64,000 nt of DNA from Pseudomonadota bacterium (GTDB lineage: Bacteria; Pseudomonadota; Alphaproteobacteria; UBA8366): positions 121,767 through 185,766 of the forward strand of contig JAYZAS010000004.1 of assembly GCA_036339585.1 (NCBI GenBank), written 5' to 3'. The translations under genes were made by a program, and so were the position numbers. Below are positions 10,055-19,994 of this stretch, piece by piece. A model generated the notes under the pieces. The model saw only the letters and a program-made list of their open reading frames with translations. It searched no databases and was not told the DNA's origin. The first letter of the stretch is position 1; each line of letters begins with the position of its first letter.

Positions 10055-10810
10055 TTCAAAATACCACCCTGCGATTTACAAACTTTGTCAATCTTAAACA
10101 GAACCAACTTTCATAAGCCCTCTAAGTGCACGCGGCAACACCGAACGCATTGTATTCGAATACAGACCTTCATGCCTAGGAAAAACTCTACCACACATAT
10201 ACACTATACTCCAATTAACCAAATATGGACAATTGAACAGGAATTCGCAACATTTATCCCACCCTAATTGTGACTCTTACTAAACTTATCATTCTCGTAG
10301 CTGGTGACCATCGCTAACAAACCAGTTCAGTCAGCAAATGGCCCCATGTTACAATATAGGGTGCCATCCTTAAATAATATATACAATATACAGAATGTTG
10401 GAAATTTTTTGATCGCCGCTATTTTTTCAGTCGACGGTGACGGTTCATTTCCTGATATCGGTCAACATCGAATACGTTCCGGCAATTCAGTCCATCAGTG
10501 GTGCTCAACCTTCTGGTTGAGTAACAAACCAATATTTTTTTTAATTAAGATTAACCTTCACCCAAAGTATCAGTTTTAAACTTTATTGTTACCAGTCTCT
10601 TTATTGTTTTCACAAAGCACGCACCGTACGTTCGAGCAAGGCGGTGTATTCTGGGTTGGTCGGAAAAGCTGAAAACAATTAAATCGAAACTTCTAGGTGA
10701 CATTGCGTGAGCGCTGGGCTAATAAGTTTTACGCAGTTATAACCTTATATTTTTATCAAACCATGAGATTGAATAAAATGGCTCAGGGTGTTGCATTTCT
10801 TGAGTCCCAA

Positions 10811-10887
10811 GCGCCCGTAGCTCAACTGGATAGAGTACCTGACTACGGATCAGGGGGTTGGGGGTTCGAATCCTCCCGGGCGCGCCA
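10811..10887 (+). tRNA. tRNA-Arg (anticodon ACG), CCA encoded
   Basis: Hand-folded cloverleaf. Acceptor GCGCCCG/CGGGCGC, D arm GCTC-AACTGGATA-GAGT, anticodon arm CCTGA-CTACGGA-TCAGG, T arm GGGGG-TTCGAAT-CCTCC, discriminator G, then CCA. Confidence 0.93.
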
Positions 10888-11054
10888 AAATTTGTACCAC
10901 CGCTGGGGTACGGGGTTGGTACTTTTATAGGCAATAGGTTAGGAAAGTATAATGCCAGTCGCATGGGTCAGGTCGCAAAATCAATGCGGTAGGGGCTTGA
11001 AACCAAACCTTTTAACACTACGTTCGTGGAATAAGCTACTTGGAGGGATTTCTG

Positions 11055-11321
11055 ATGAACGCGTTTATCGTTAAGACTTGGAATTCGGTAATGAACGCAC
11101 GGCATAATCCTTTACGGCACATTCCTGACGAAAATGTGCGGCATTTAATAATGCAAATTCTCGCTTGGATGTGGTGTACCGCATTTTCTATTTATATGGG
11201 CAGCATGTGGATTTTCGGCTTCACAGCTTTAGCGCATTTAGCCATTCTCGCAGCGGTAGCAATCACCGTTGCAACCTTCGAAGTTGCAAAGAGAAAACCA
11301 GACACCTTTATAAAAAAATAG
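11055..11321 (+). CDS. small membrane protein, function unknown
   Basis: The ATG at 11055 is preceded by GGAGGG 7 nt upstream. 88 aa with two clear hydrophobic helices ('IMQILAWMWCTAFSIYMG', 'FTALAHLAILAAVAITVA'). Confidence 0.45.
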   Translation: MNAFIVKTWNSVMNARHNPLRHIPDENVRHLIMQILAWMWCTAFSIYMGSMWIFGFTALAHLAILAAVAITVATFEVAKRKPDTFIKK

Positions 11322-11734
11322 CATCGCAAAGCACAACCAATAACACGACTGTTAATAGACGAAATTTGCCGCGATTTAATACGATCCACTGTGATAAATC
11401 GTTTGCTGGCCACGCCGCTGTTTTGACGAATAGCATGCCAAAGCTGTGAGGACTTAATGCAGTTTTCTGCATTTTTCATTCTACGTTCCACAGTGGTTAG
11501 ACAAATGGATCCGCTTTCTTTTATTTAGGATTTTTCCCCTTTAAAAGCCCTAATGTGAATTAGAGTTTTGACAGTTAGGCATCAGTCTAAGTAAGCTGGG
11601 CAATATGGTCGACGAGTGTTAATAATGATAGTGTTGCCCTGACCTGGAAAAATTCACTCAACATTCGTGCACCTTACAATCTTGTCATTGTGTGCTCCTA
11701 TTTTCCATGCGGGCAGAACAGAAAAGAGGTCAAA

Positions 11735-13132
11735 ATGTCAAAAAGTCTTCGCATGGAATCTGACACTTTCGGAACTTTGGAAGTGCCTTCAGAGAAGTAT
11801 TACGGCGCACAAACAGCACGCTCGCTAATAAACTTTCCTATAGGCCAGGAATTAATGCCAAGACCTCTAGTACACGCGCTAGGAGTCATTAAGCAAGCTG
11901 CTGCTCGAGTCAATAGAGCTCAAGGAAAACTTGATGCGGTTCGGGCCGAGGCGATTGACAAGGCCGCTGGTGAAATTGCTGATGGCTTATTAGATGACCA
12001 TTTTCCCCTAGTAGTATGGCAGACCGGCTCCGGCACGCAAACAAACATGAATGCAAATGAAGTGGTTTCCAATAGGGCGATAGAAATTTTGGGTGGGGAA
12101 GTTGGAACGAAAGATCCCATTCACCCTAACGACCATTGTAATATGGGGCAATCGTCCAATGATACCTTTCCGACCGCAATGCATATTGCAGCAGCTAAAG
12201 AAGTGAATGAATCACTTATTCCTGCATTAGTGCATCTGAAAAAAACGCTAAATCGAAAAGTAACGGAATGGTCAGATATTGTTAAAATTGGTCGAACCCA
12301 CACACAGGACGCTACACCACTCACTTTGGGACAGGAATTCAGTGGTTACGTCGCTCAATTGGAATTAGGTATCGAACGTGTATCGGCAGCTCGAGATGGA
12401 TTATACCATTTAGCACAGGGCGGCACCGCCGTTGGCACCGGACTCAATTGTGCAATTGGTTTTGATGTGGATTTTGCCGCTGAGGTTTCCAAAATCACTG
12501 GACTTCCGTTTCGTACTGCAACCAATAAATTTGAAGCGCTGGCCGCAAATGATGCCTATGTGCACGCTCATGGCGCACTCAATACCGTTGCTGTGTCTTT
12601 ATTTAAGATCGCTAACGATATACGGTTGCTCGGATCTGGTCCGCGATCTGGCCTCGGTGAATTATCACTTCCTGAGAATGAACCTGGTTCATCTATAATG
12701 CCGGGCAAGGTGAATCCTACACAAGCTGAAGCCATGACTATGGTCTGTACACAGATTCATGGAAACAACGCAACAATCTCATTCGCGGGCAGTCAAGGGC
12801 ATTTTGAATTGAACGTTTATAAGCCGGTAATGGCCCTCGCAATGCTTCAGTCTATAGCCCTCTTATCAGATGCAGCTATAAGTTTTGCTGATCGCTGTGT
12901 GGCTGGGATTTCTGCCAATACAAGCAATATCACCAATTTGATGGAAAGATCTTTAATGCTGGTAACCGCGTTGGCGCCAGCTATAGGGTATGACAAAGCA
13001 GCCGAGATTGCAAAAACGGCTCACAGGAATGGCACTTCATTGAAGGAAGAAGCATTGAAACTTAACTACGTAACGGAGCAAGAATTTGAAAATCTTGTGC
13101 GGCCTGAAAAGATGATATCCCCTGGAGATTGA
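11735..13132 (+). CDS. fumC: fumarate hydratase, class II
   Basis: Signature '[16 protein letters not shown]', plus '[10 protein letters not shown]' and '[10 protein letters not shown]'. Start taken at [10 protein letters not shown]; the track ORF begins 45 nt upstream. Confidence 0.95.
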   Translation: MSKSLRMESDTFGTLEVPSEKYYGAQTARSLINFPIGQELMPRPLVHALGVIKQAAARVNRAQGKLDAVRAEAIDKAAGEIADGLLDDHFPLVVWQTGSGTQTNMNANEVVSNRAIEILGGEVGTKDPIHPNDHCNMGQSSNDTFPTAMHIAAAKEVNESLIPALVHLKKTLNRKVTEWSDIVKIGRTHTQDATPLTLGQEFSGYVAQLELGIERVSAARDGLYHLAQGGTAVGTGLNCAIGFDVDFAAEVSKITGLPFRTATNKFEALAANDAYVHAHGALNTVAVSLFKIANDIRLLGSGPRSGLGELSLPENEPGSSIMPGKVNPTQAEAMTMVCTQIHGNNATISFAGSQGHFELNVYKPVMALAMLQSIALLSDAAISFADRCVAGISANTSNITNLMERSLMLVTALAPAIGYDKAAEIAKTAHRNGTSLKEEALKLNYVTEQEFENLVRPEKMISPGD

Positions 13133-13215
13133 GTAAACCATTCAAAAATTCACAAACTTTGTGTGATTTTCAGAATTTATCCGAAGGTGCATTTTTTGCC
13201 AAACTGTTGGGTAAT

Positions 13216-14310
13216 TCAGAATTCCTGGCTATCATCAAACTTGTCGGTATCGACACCAAAAATGCGTTGGAAAAATGACCCCGCCCCGCGTGACATTGGC
13301 GCGGCCTCATTGGTAAGCTCCGCATTATCAACTAGATCCTCCTTCACAGCATTAATTTCCGAGGCCTCTTGGAGAGCAGTATTTTCCTCGGCAACTAAAG
13401 ACTGCCTTTTGAGATTTTTCTTCCCACGCGCTCTTGATGGTGCAGTAGGCCTCAACGGTTTGCCACTGAGATGAACCTTTTTCGTTTTAACTGCATTTGA
13501 TTGGAGTTCTTTAGAAGTACTTTTTGGACTAGCCGCTTGCTGCTTCCCAGTTTTCTTTTTACTCAGCCCTTTAATTATCTTTTTGCTGCTTTCCCTTCCG
13601 TATAAACCTATACTATTACTCTTACCTTTCGGGGATGCCGCAGAGGATGTTTTTGGCACAATGGCAGCTTGAGGTTCTTCTATGAGTCCATTGGCTTTTT
13701 TCTTCTCTAGCTTATTGTTACCCTTACGTTCGAGCGGAACAGCCGCATCATCGGCGCCCGAAAAATATTCCCCCGCCCACAGACCACGAACAGACTGCTT
13801 GGCGTCCTCTTGATCGACTCTGTAACGATCCGATTGAGAAATAAGAGCCCTTGCGTAACCCGTGCGTACAAGCGATTCTCCAATGTCATGCTCACCTGAG
13901 TAACAGGTAGCAACCTTTACCCCTGTTTTTCTGTCCTTGGTTTTTTCCACATCACAAGACAGGTAGGCACCATCGGCAATCCGAATCAGCTCAGCCCAAG
14001 CAACCACGCCACACCGCATCCTAGCTCCATTAATCTTGCAAATCTGATCTAGTTGAGGAGCATGAATACCAAACAGACGAATAGTTTTACCTTTGATAAG
14101 AATGAGGTTCGCGGACAGTACCTGTGCAAGGCCATTTATTTCCTTGTTCGCGGCCATCGCCGTTGAAAAAAGATACAATAAAGCCCACAAAGAGACTATA
14201 AATAGCACTGTACCAATAAGAAATGGCCTTTGGCGAACGATCGGCATCAACACTCCCGACAAGCAAATCTTAAAACAATTCAGTGGATCTGATTCCTTTT
14301 TATTGTACAT
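13216..14310 (-). CDS. membrane-anchored staphylococcal-nuclease (SNase)-like domain protein with a long Lys-rich tail; catalytic residues apparently replaced
   Basis: SNase/ExoI-like core 'KGKTIRLFGIHAPQLDQICK...RCGVVAWAEL...DRKTGVKVATC...GESLVRTGYARA...DAKQSVRGLWAG' lies behind one TM helix. About 190 aa of K/S/A-rich tail follow. The 5' end is ambiguous: 14310 (MYNKK...) or 14496. Confidence 0.6.
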   Translation of the reverse strand: MYNKKESDPLNCFKICLSGVLMPIVRQRPFLIGTVLFIVSLWALLYLFSTAMAANKEINGLAQVLSANLILIKGKTIRLFGIHAPQLDQICKINGARMRCGVVAWAELIRIADGAYLSCDVEKTKDRKTGVKVATCYSGEHDIGESLVRTGYARALISQSDRYRVDQEDAKQSVRGLWAGEYFSGADDAAVPLERKGNNKLEKKKANGLIEEPQAAIVPKTSSAASPKGKSNSIGLYGRESSKKIIKGLSKKKTGKQQAASPKSTSKELQSNAVKTKKVHLSGKPLRPTAPSRARGKKNLKRQSLVAEENTALQEASEINAVKEDLVDNAELTNEAAPMSRGAGSFFQRIFGVDTDKFDDSQEF

Positions 14311-14356
14311 AGCACGATCCGAACTATTTGGTGCGTCCTGAAATAAAAAACTTTCT

Positions 14357-14554
14357 TCATTCCCTTTTGGGTTCTTCTCCACCTTTCGAAAAATGGTTGG
14401 ACCTCTCACCCTCAAAATTGCTGTCGCAGGTAGCGCCGTCACAACAAGGAGAGTGATTATTCTTGCAATGGATGCATTGAGCATGCCCATGAACATAATC
14501 TATAGGTGTCTCACGACCACAGAAGGGACACAACATTGACCGAACACCTTGCAT
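14357..14554 (-). CDS. candidate small zinc-ribbon protein
   Basis: 65 aa containing 'CPFCG-x13-CIHC', i.e. two CxxC pairs. Fits the gap between the dehydrogenase gene and the 14310 start of the SNase-like gene. It overlaps the longer 14496 version of that gene, and there is no convincing SD. Confidence 0.3.
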   Translation of the reverse strand: MQGVRSMLCPFCGRETPIDYVHGHAQCIHCKNNHSPCCDGATCDSNFEGERSNHFSKGGEEPKRE

Positions 14555-14572
14555 TACACGGTTTTATTCCAA

Positions 14573-15694
14573 TCAAAGAATGTATGCACTATTTGATTTG
14601 GTCAATTCTCCGATTTTAGACAATGAAACCGGCATTGCTGTATCATATTTTTCCGCAAAAGGTTTCAGAATCCGCTCAACTTCAAGGGTGCCAAGCCGAT
14701 CCATTAAAATACATGGTGGCTTGCCGAATTTTAACGCAAGCTGCGCGCCCATGTCGATGTCAGCTGGACTTGCAACCTCCTCATCAAGGGCCTGCAAAAT
14801 AGGTAGAAAGGTAGCGCCGAGAAGCCGATCAGAGATAACACTGTCGCGCTCAGGCTCAGGTGCACTTTTAAGTTCATCTATTAACCAAATCTCACCACTT
14901 AAACCCTTTTCCTCAACTGATTTGGCTAAGCTGTAGAAAGGCCCAAGCTGGGCCAGATTATTCTGAGCATGCGACATAACCTGCATTCCAACTAAATTCA
15001 TAACGACAAAAGGCCCCGCAGCCGCACCTAAAACATCACTGGCTACACGATCAATTTCAGCGGGTGAACCAGCCTCTTCATCGAAGAGACGAGCTGCCTC
15101 ATTGGCGTAGGGACAGAAAAACCGGTTAAGCGCAAATCCATTACTGTCTTTGCAAAGGACGGGCTTTTTGTTTGTTTGATTACAAAATTCAACTATGGAG
15201 TCCACTACTTCGGGTGCCGTCTTCGCTCCCTTAACAACTTCAACAATAGGACTAATTGTAGGAGGATTAAAATAATGAATACCAATAAAGTTTTGTGGCT
15301 TAGCAACAGCCTTAGCAAGGGTGCTTACTCGCAAACAACTTGTATTGGTGCCAAGAATAACTTCATCCTTAAGAATAGGTATGACCATATCGTATAGCTG
15401 CATTTTGACATCCATACGCTCGAAGATTGCTTCAATGACTAGATCGCAATCAGCGAGCGTTTGAAAATCTTTAGAATAACTCAGTCTTGCAAGCGCTGCT
15501 TCGCTGGCAGAAAGATCCATCCGTTGTGTTTCAACATTGCGCGCGTAAAATCTCTCGGCTGCTCTTTGTGCTCGATAAAGTGTTTCTGATGAAATATCAA
15601 CTTGCTGAACATAAAAACCATGCCCTGCTATGTTGGTAGCTATGCCGGAACCCATGGTGCCCGCACCAATAACACCTATTCGCCCAAATGGCAT
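14573..15694 (-). CDS. 3-hydroxyacyl-CoA dehydrogenase family protein
   Basis: NAD-binding fold 'IGVIGAGTMGSGIA'. Start at MPFGRIG, preceded by AAGGAG. Also has the central 'HYFNPP' motif. Confidence 0.85.
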   Translation of the reverse strand: MPFGRIGVIGAGTMGSGIATNIAGHGFYVQQVDISSETLYRAQRAAERFYARNVETQRMDLSASEAALARLSYSKDFQTLADCDLVIEAIFERMDVKMQLYDMVIPILKDEVILGTNTSCLRVSTLAKAVAKPQNFIGIHYFNPPTISPIVEVVKGAKTAPEVVDSIVEFCNQTNKKPVLCKDSNGFALNRFFCPYANEAARLFDEEAGSPAEIDRVASDVLGAAAGPFVVMNLVGMQVMSHAQNNLAQLGPFYSLAKSVEEKGLSGEIWLIDELKSAPEPERDSVISDRLLGATFLPILQALDEEVASPADIDMGAQLALKFGKPPCILMDRLGTLEVERILKPFAEKYDTAMPVSLSKIGELTKSNSAYIL

Positions 15695-16246
15695 AATCCA
15701 TCTCCTTCGTTCGATAATAATTGCACTCACCTTGCGTTATGCTAGCCGTCAAATTTCGCACTCGCAAGATAATTGCTGCAACGCAAAAGCTTTTAACGAC
15801 ATACATATAGCCCTATATGCAAAGACGGCTTTTGTGATTGGAAAAGAGTTCACAAAAGCCAACGTTTATTAATATGCAGCAATTCTAATGTTCTCTGTCT
15901 CGTAATTTCAATCAAGATGCTCCCATTTTAACGACATTCCTCACAGCCTATGATACCTCGGTTCTAACCAATATTTTGCATTTTTCAGGTGTAAAGCCAC
16001 TTTTCGAGTAGCAGATTGTAGAGCCCGATATTCTTCAGTTACAGCTCCCAACAGTACCATTCTTTAAGTTAAGTCTTAATTTTTGTTGTAAGGCCGTTGA
16101 GGTTAGCCTTGGAATTGCCTAATTCGTTACCCAAATGTTATTATGGTATAGGCTTTCTTCTTCAATGACGTATGCCAATAGATGTTATCCATGAGTTCCT
16201 GTGTCTAATGTAAACAGGGTAAGTTTGTTTTGGAGGTATCCACTTT

Positions 16247-17164
16247 ATGATCGAGGTCAAAGGCCTTAGCAAAAGATTTGGCGATACGCTCGCTGTCGAT
16301 GATATATCTTTCAACTTGTCAAAGGGCGAAGTTCTTGGGTTTCTTGGTCCCAACGGCGCAGGCAAATCAACAACTATGAAAATGATTTCAGGGTTCCTCT
16401 CACCAACCAGTGGAACAGCGCTAATAAATGGCTATGACGTCCGCAACAAGCCAATAGAGGTGAAACGTGCAATAGGATACCTGCCGGAGGGAGCCCCGAT
16501 GTGGGCAGATATGTCGGTTTGGGGATTTTTAAAATTTATCAGTGCAGTGCGCGGATTTAAAAGTGATGATGCTGAAAATAAAGTTCAAAAAGCAGCAGCA
16601 CTTACACAACTTAATGATGTGCTTATGCAGCCCATAGAAACTCTATCAAAAGGCTTCAAACGTCGTGTAGGGTTAGCGCAAGCCATGCTGCACGATCCCG
16701 AAATTCTAATCCTAGATGAACCAACTGACGGCCTTGATCCCAATCAAAAACACCAAGTTCGAAAGTTGATACAAAAAATGGCACATGAGAAAGCAATCAT
16801 AATCTCAACTCATATTCTTGAGGAGGTAGAAGCAGTCTGCACAAGGGCCATGATAATTGCTAAAGGCAAGTTGCTCACCGACGCAACGCCAAGAGAACTC
16901 CTCAAGAAATCAAGACATTACAATGCTGTTTCAATCGCTGTACCCAACATCGAAAAGGCGCAAAAAGTATTGGAGGAGCTCGACTCAGTCCGAAGAGTAC
17001 AACCAATCGGTGAGAATTGGTTGATTGCCTATCCAAAAAACAAAGAGCCAATTAACGAGGAGGTTGCTCAAGCACTCCGTTCTGCGCGGCTTAAGATAAA
17101 TGAAATCCGCACAGAGAGCGGTCGTCTTGATGACGTTTTTCGAACCATTACGCGACAGAGTTGA
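16247..17164 (+). CDS. ABC transporter ATP-binding protein (ABC-2/GldA-like)
   Basis: Walker A 'GPNGAGKST', signature 'LSKGFKRRV', Walker B 'ILILDEPT'. Confidence 0.9.
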   Translation: MIEVKGLSKRFGDTLAVDDISFNLSKGEVLGFLGPNGAGKSTTMKMISGFLSPTSGTALINGYDVRNKPIEVKRAIGYLPEGAPMWADMSVWGFLKFISAVRGFKSDDAENKVQKAAALTQLNDVLMQPIETLSKGFKRRVGLAQAMLHDPEILILDEPTDGLDPNQKHQVRKLIQKMAHEKAIIISTHILEEVEAVCTRAMIIAKGKLLTDATPRELLKKSRHYNAVSIAVPNIEKAQKVLEELDSVRRVQPIGENWLIAYPKNKEPINEEVAQALRSARLKINEIRTESGRLDDVFRTITRQS

Positions 17165-17174
17165 GTCCAAAATT

Positions 17175-17909
17175 ATGAGAACCACAACAACGATCTTTAA
17201 ACGTGAGATGGCAGGCTACTTCGCCACTCCACTAGCCTATATTTTTATTGTTATATTTCTAGTTTTAGCGGGAATACTAACGATATTTGTCGGAAATTTT
17301 GTTGGACAAGGGCACGCTGGATTGCAATCATTTTTTGGCTTGCATCCATGGTTTTACCTTTTCCTAATACCCGCTTTGTCTATGCGCTTATGGGCAGAAG
17401 AGCGCAAAACCGGCACACTTGAACTTACTATGACACTACCCATACGCTTGCGTGAGGCCGTTGTGGGGAAGTTCGCTGCAGCGTGGTGTTTTGCGGGTAT
17501 CGCGCTAGCCCTTACTTTTCCTTTTTGGATTACGGTCAATTATTTAGGAGATCCCGACAACGGCGTAATTTTGGCCAGTTACCTTGGAAGCTGGTTAATG
17601 GCGGGCTCATATCTTGCCGTTGGAGCTTTCATCTCCGCTACAACACGCAATCAAGTAATTGCCTTCGTTGTTACAGTAACCGTGTGTTTCTTTTTCGTAG
17701 TTATGGGCTCAACTATAGTCATAGATTTCGTAAGTGGCTGGGCAAATGATGAATTTCTAGAGTTTGTCAGATATATTAGCATTCTTAATCACTTCGCCGG
17801 CATTTCCAAAGGAGTATTAGACCTCCGAAGTGTGCTTTTCTTTATAAGTATTATTGGACTATTTCTAACCCTAAATGCGATCGTAATCGATCGTGTCCGG
17901 TCAAATTAA
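17175..17909 (+). CDS. ABC-2 type transporter permease (GldF-like)
   Basis: Start at MRTTTTIFKREMAGYF, 11 nt after the ATPase stop. Six hydrophobic segments. The N-terminal 'FKRE...YF.TP.AY' pattern is typical of ABC-2 permeases. Confidence 0.8.
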   Translation: MRTTTTIFKREMAGYFATPLAYIFIVIFLVLAGILTIFVGNFVGQGHAGLQSFFGLHPWFYLFLIPALSMRLWAEERKTGTLELTMTLPIRLREAVVGKFAAAWCFAGIALALTFPFWITVNYLGDPDNGVILASYLGSWLMAGSYLAVGAFISATTRNQVIAFVVTVTVCFFFVVMGSTIVIDFVSGWANDEFLEFVRYISILNHFAGISKGVLDLRSVLFFISIIGLFLTLNAIVIDRVRSN

Positions 17910-17921
17910 CGAGAGTTTTAA

Positions 17922-19973
17922 ATGTTACGGAAAGTTTTCAAGCATCAACATGGATGGATCTTATCGGGGGGCTCCGTTTTAGTTCTCTTTGCCTTGGTCA
18001 ATTTCTTAGCTGCACCCATTTCTGGTACACGCCTCGACCTCACTGAAGAACGTCTGCACACGCTATCTGACGGCACACGCAACATGTTGGGTGACCTAGA
18101 AAACAAGGTTACTTTGAATTTTTATTTCTCCAAGGAGTTAAGTAGCGCAGCACCTGCATTCGGAAACTATGCTAAGCGGGTTCGCGACATGCTTAACGAA
18201 ATGAAACTCGCCGGTGGAGGGAAAGTCGTGATCAAAGAGCAGGACCCCGTTGCGTTTTCTGAAATCGAAGACGAAGCCGTTGAGGCTGGGCTGCAGGGCG
18301 CACCATTGGATCAATCCGGCGATCAGGCATATTTTGGGCTTCAAGTTAAATCGGGAGAGGAAAGCTCGGTTATTCCCTTCTTTCAATCGCAGCGCGAAAA
18401 GTTCCTCGAATATGATTTAGCGCGAATGATCCATGCAGTCTCAAGCTCAAATAAGAAAATAATAACAATCTATACTGGTCGCCCTCTGTTCGGCGACATG
18501 CGGCGTATGATGGCAGGCCTGCCAACTGAGGCGTATCGAATAGTGCCGGAGTTAAGAAAACGATTTGAAGTTAACCATATGTTCAGCCTCCGAGATTTAC
18601 CTTTCGAAAAGCCGGATGTTCTGATAATCGTCCATCCACTCAAACTTGAAATGGATGAAAAATACGAACTTGATCAATTTCTGCTCAGAGGTGGCAAAGC
18701 CATCTTCATTTTAGATCCCTTTAATGAGACAGCAGCCGGCACTTCAATGCCGCAAGGACAAAAACCAACTCTTAATTCAGTCTCTAATGTGCAAGAGTTT
18801 CTCGACCGTTGGGGCATCACTATTTCCGGTCAATTTATAGCTGCTGATCGTTCCATTGCACGCATGGTTAATGCGGGTACAACGACACGTATCCTCCCAG
18901 CCCCCTTCGTAACGTGGTTAGCCGTTCCAGCTAGCCTTATGTCGCGCAATGACCCAGTAACGTCAGAACTGCGATTATTAAATCTCCAAAGCGCGGGGAT
19001 TATTGATGTTACAAAGATTCCTGGTATAGAGGTAGAACCTTTGGTCCGCACAACAAAAGACAGTCAAAAGGTCGATGTCAAAACACATAAGGGCCGCGTG
19101 GACGTTGAAAGTATGGCAGCTAATTTCAAACCAAGTGGAAAAGAATTGATACTTGCGACCCGCATATCAGGAAAATTCGCATCGATTTTCCCAGATGGCC
19201 CTCCGGAAATAGTCGAGGACAAAGTAAAAAAAAATAAGTTAGGGAATACTTCAAAACCGGCACCTACTGCGAAAGATACTAATGTAGAAGCTAAAACTGC
19301 CGCGGAAGAAGAAGAAAAAAAACGAGATCGCGAGAAAAAAATCGCGTCTCATTTAAAAACCTCTGAAAAACCGTTCAATGTTCTTCTAGTTTCTGATGCC
19401 GATTTTTTAGAAAATCATTTTTGGGTGCAGGTACGACAGTTTCTTGGCCAGAATGTCTTGGTGCCAACCTCAAATAATGCCGATTTTGTTATAAATGCCG
19501 TAGATCACTTTACCGGCAACGCTGACCTGATTAGTTTGCGATCTCGCGGCACCACTCGCAGGCCTTTTTCAAAAGTAAATGAGATTCGAAGAGAAGCTGA
19601 GATTAAGTATCGTAAAGCCGAGCAAAATTTAGCCAGCAAGCTTAAAATGACAGAAAAGAAACTTGGGGAATTACGTGACAGGCAGGATGAAAAAACAGAG
19701 ACTAATAATTCAGACAGAAAAAAGACAATAGAAATAGAAATCAAACAAGCACTTAACGAGCTAATTGTCACCCGCAAGGAGCTTCGCAATGTCAGGCTGA
19801 AATTGAATGAAGATATAAGTAGACTAGAAACTTGGATACGATTCGCCAACATAGCTTTTATGCCAATCCTAGTGGGAACCTTCGCAGTGGGTCTTGGAGT
19901 TTATCGCACCCGGCGTAGGCGAAAAAATCTGGGCACAGACGATAATATGAATCAGAAATATGCGTTCAATTGA
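17922..19973 (+). CDS. ABC transporter auxiliary component, GldG-like
   Basis: 683 aa with N- and C-terminal TM anchors and a large external domain. The N-terminal 'DLTEERLHTLSDGTRNML..LENKVTLNFYFS' pattern is typical of GldG-type proteins. Lies third in the ABC-2 operon. Confidence 0.72.
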   Translation: MLRKVFKHQHGWILSGGSVLVLFALVNFLAAPISGTRLDLTEERLHTLSDGTRNMLGDLENKVTLNFYFSKELSSAAPAFGNYAKRVRDMLNEMKLAGGGKVVIKEQDPVAFSEIEDEAVEAGLQGAPLDQSGDQAYFGLQVKSGEESSVIPFFQSQREKFLEYDLARMIHAVSSSNKKIITIYTGRPLFGDMRRMMAGLPTEAYRIVPELRKRFEVNHMFSLRDLPFEKPDVLIIVHPLKLEMDEKYELDQFLLRGGKAIFILDPFNETAAGTSMPQGQKPTLNSVSNVQEFLDRWGITISGQFIAADRSIARMVNAGTTTRILPAPFVTWLAVPASLMSRNDPVTSELRLLNLQSAGIIDVTKIPGIEVEPLVRTTKDSQKVDVKTHKGRVDVESMAANFKPSGKELILATRISGKFASIFPDGPPEIVEDKVKKNKLGNTSKPAPTAKDTNVEAKTAAEEEEKKRDREKKIASHLKTSEKPFNVLLVSDADFLENHFWVQVRQFLGQNVLVPTSNNADFVINAVDHFTGNADLISLRSRGTTRRPFSKVNEIRREAEIKYRKAEQNLASKLKMTEKKLGELRDRQDEKTETNNSDRKKTIEIEIKQALNELIVTRKELRNVRLKLNEDISRLETWIRFANIAFMPILVGTFAVGLGVYRTRRRRKNLGTDDNMNQKYAFN

Positions 19974-19994
19974 AAATAGTAAGTACACGATAAA

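Noticed and set aside
10304-10579. 91-aa ORF in the long gap before tRNA-Arg
   Set aside because: It has a GTG start without an SD and an odd composition with Asn/Ile/Phe runs. It ends in a poly-T tract and has no family resemblance, so I treat the region as non-coding.
10811-11700. Genomic island integrated at tRNA-Arg
   Set aside because: There is no integrase, and I could find no direct repeat of the tRNA 3' end by eye. Core genes (fumC) resume within 900 nt.
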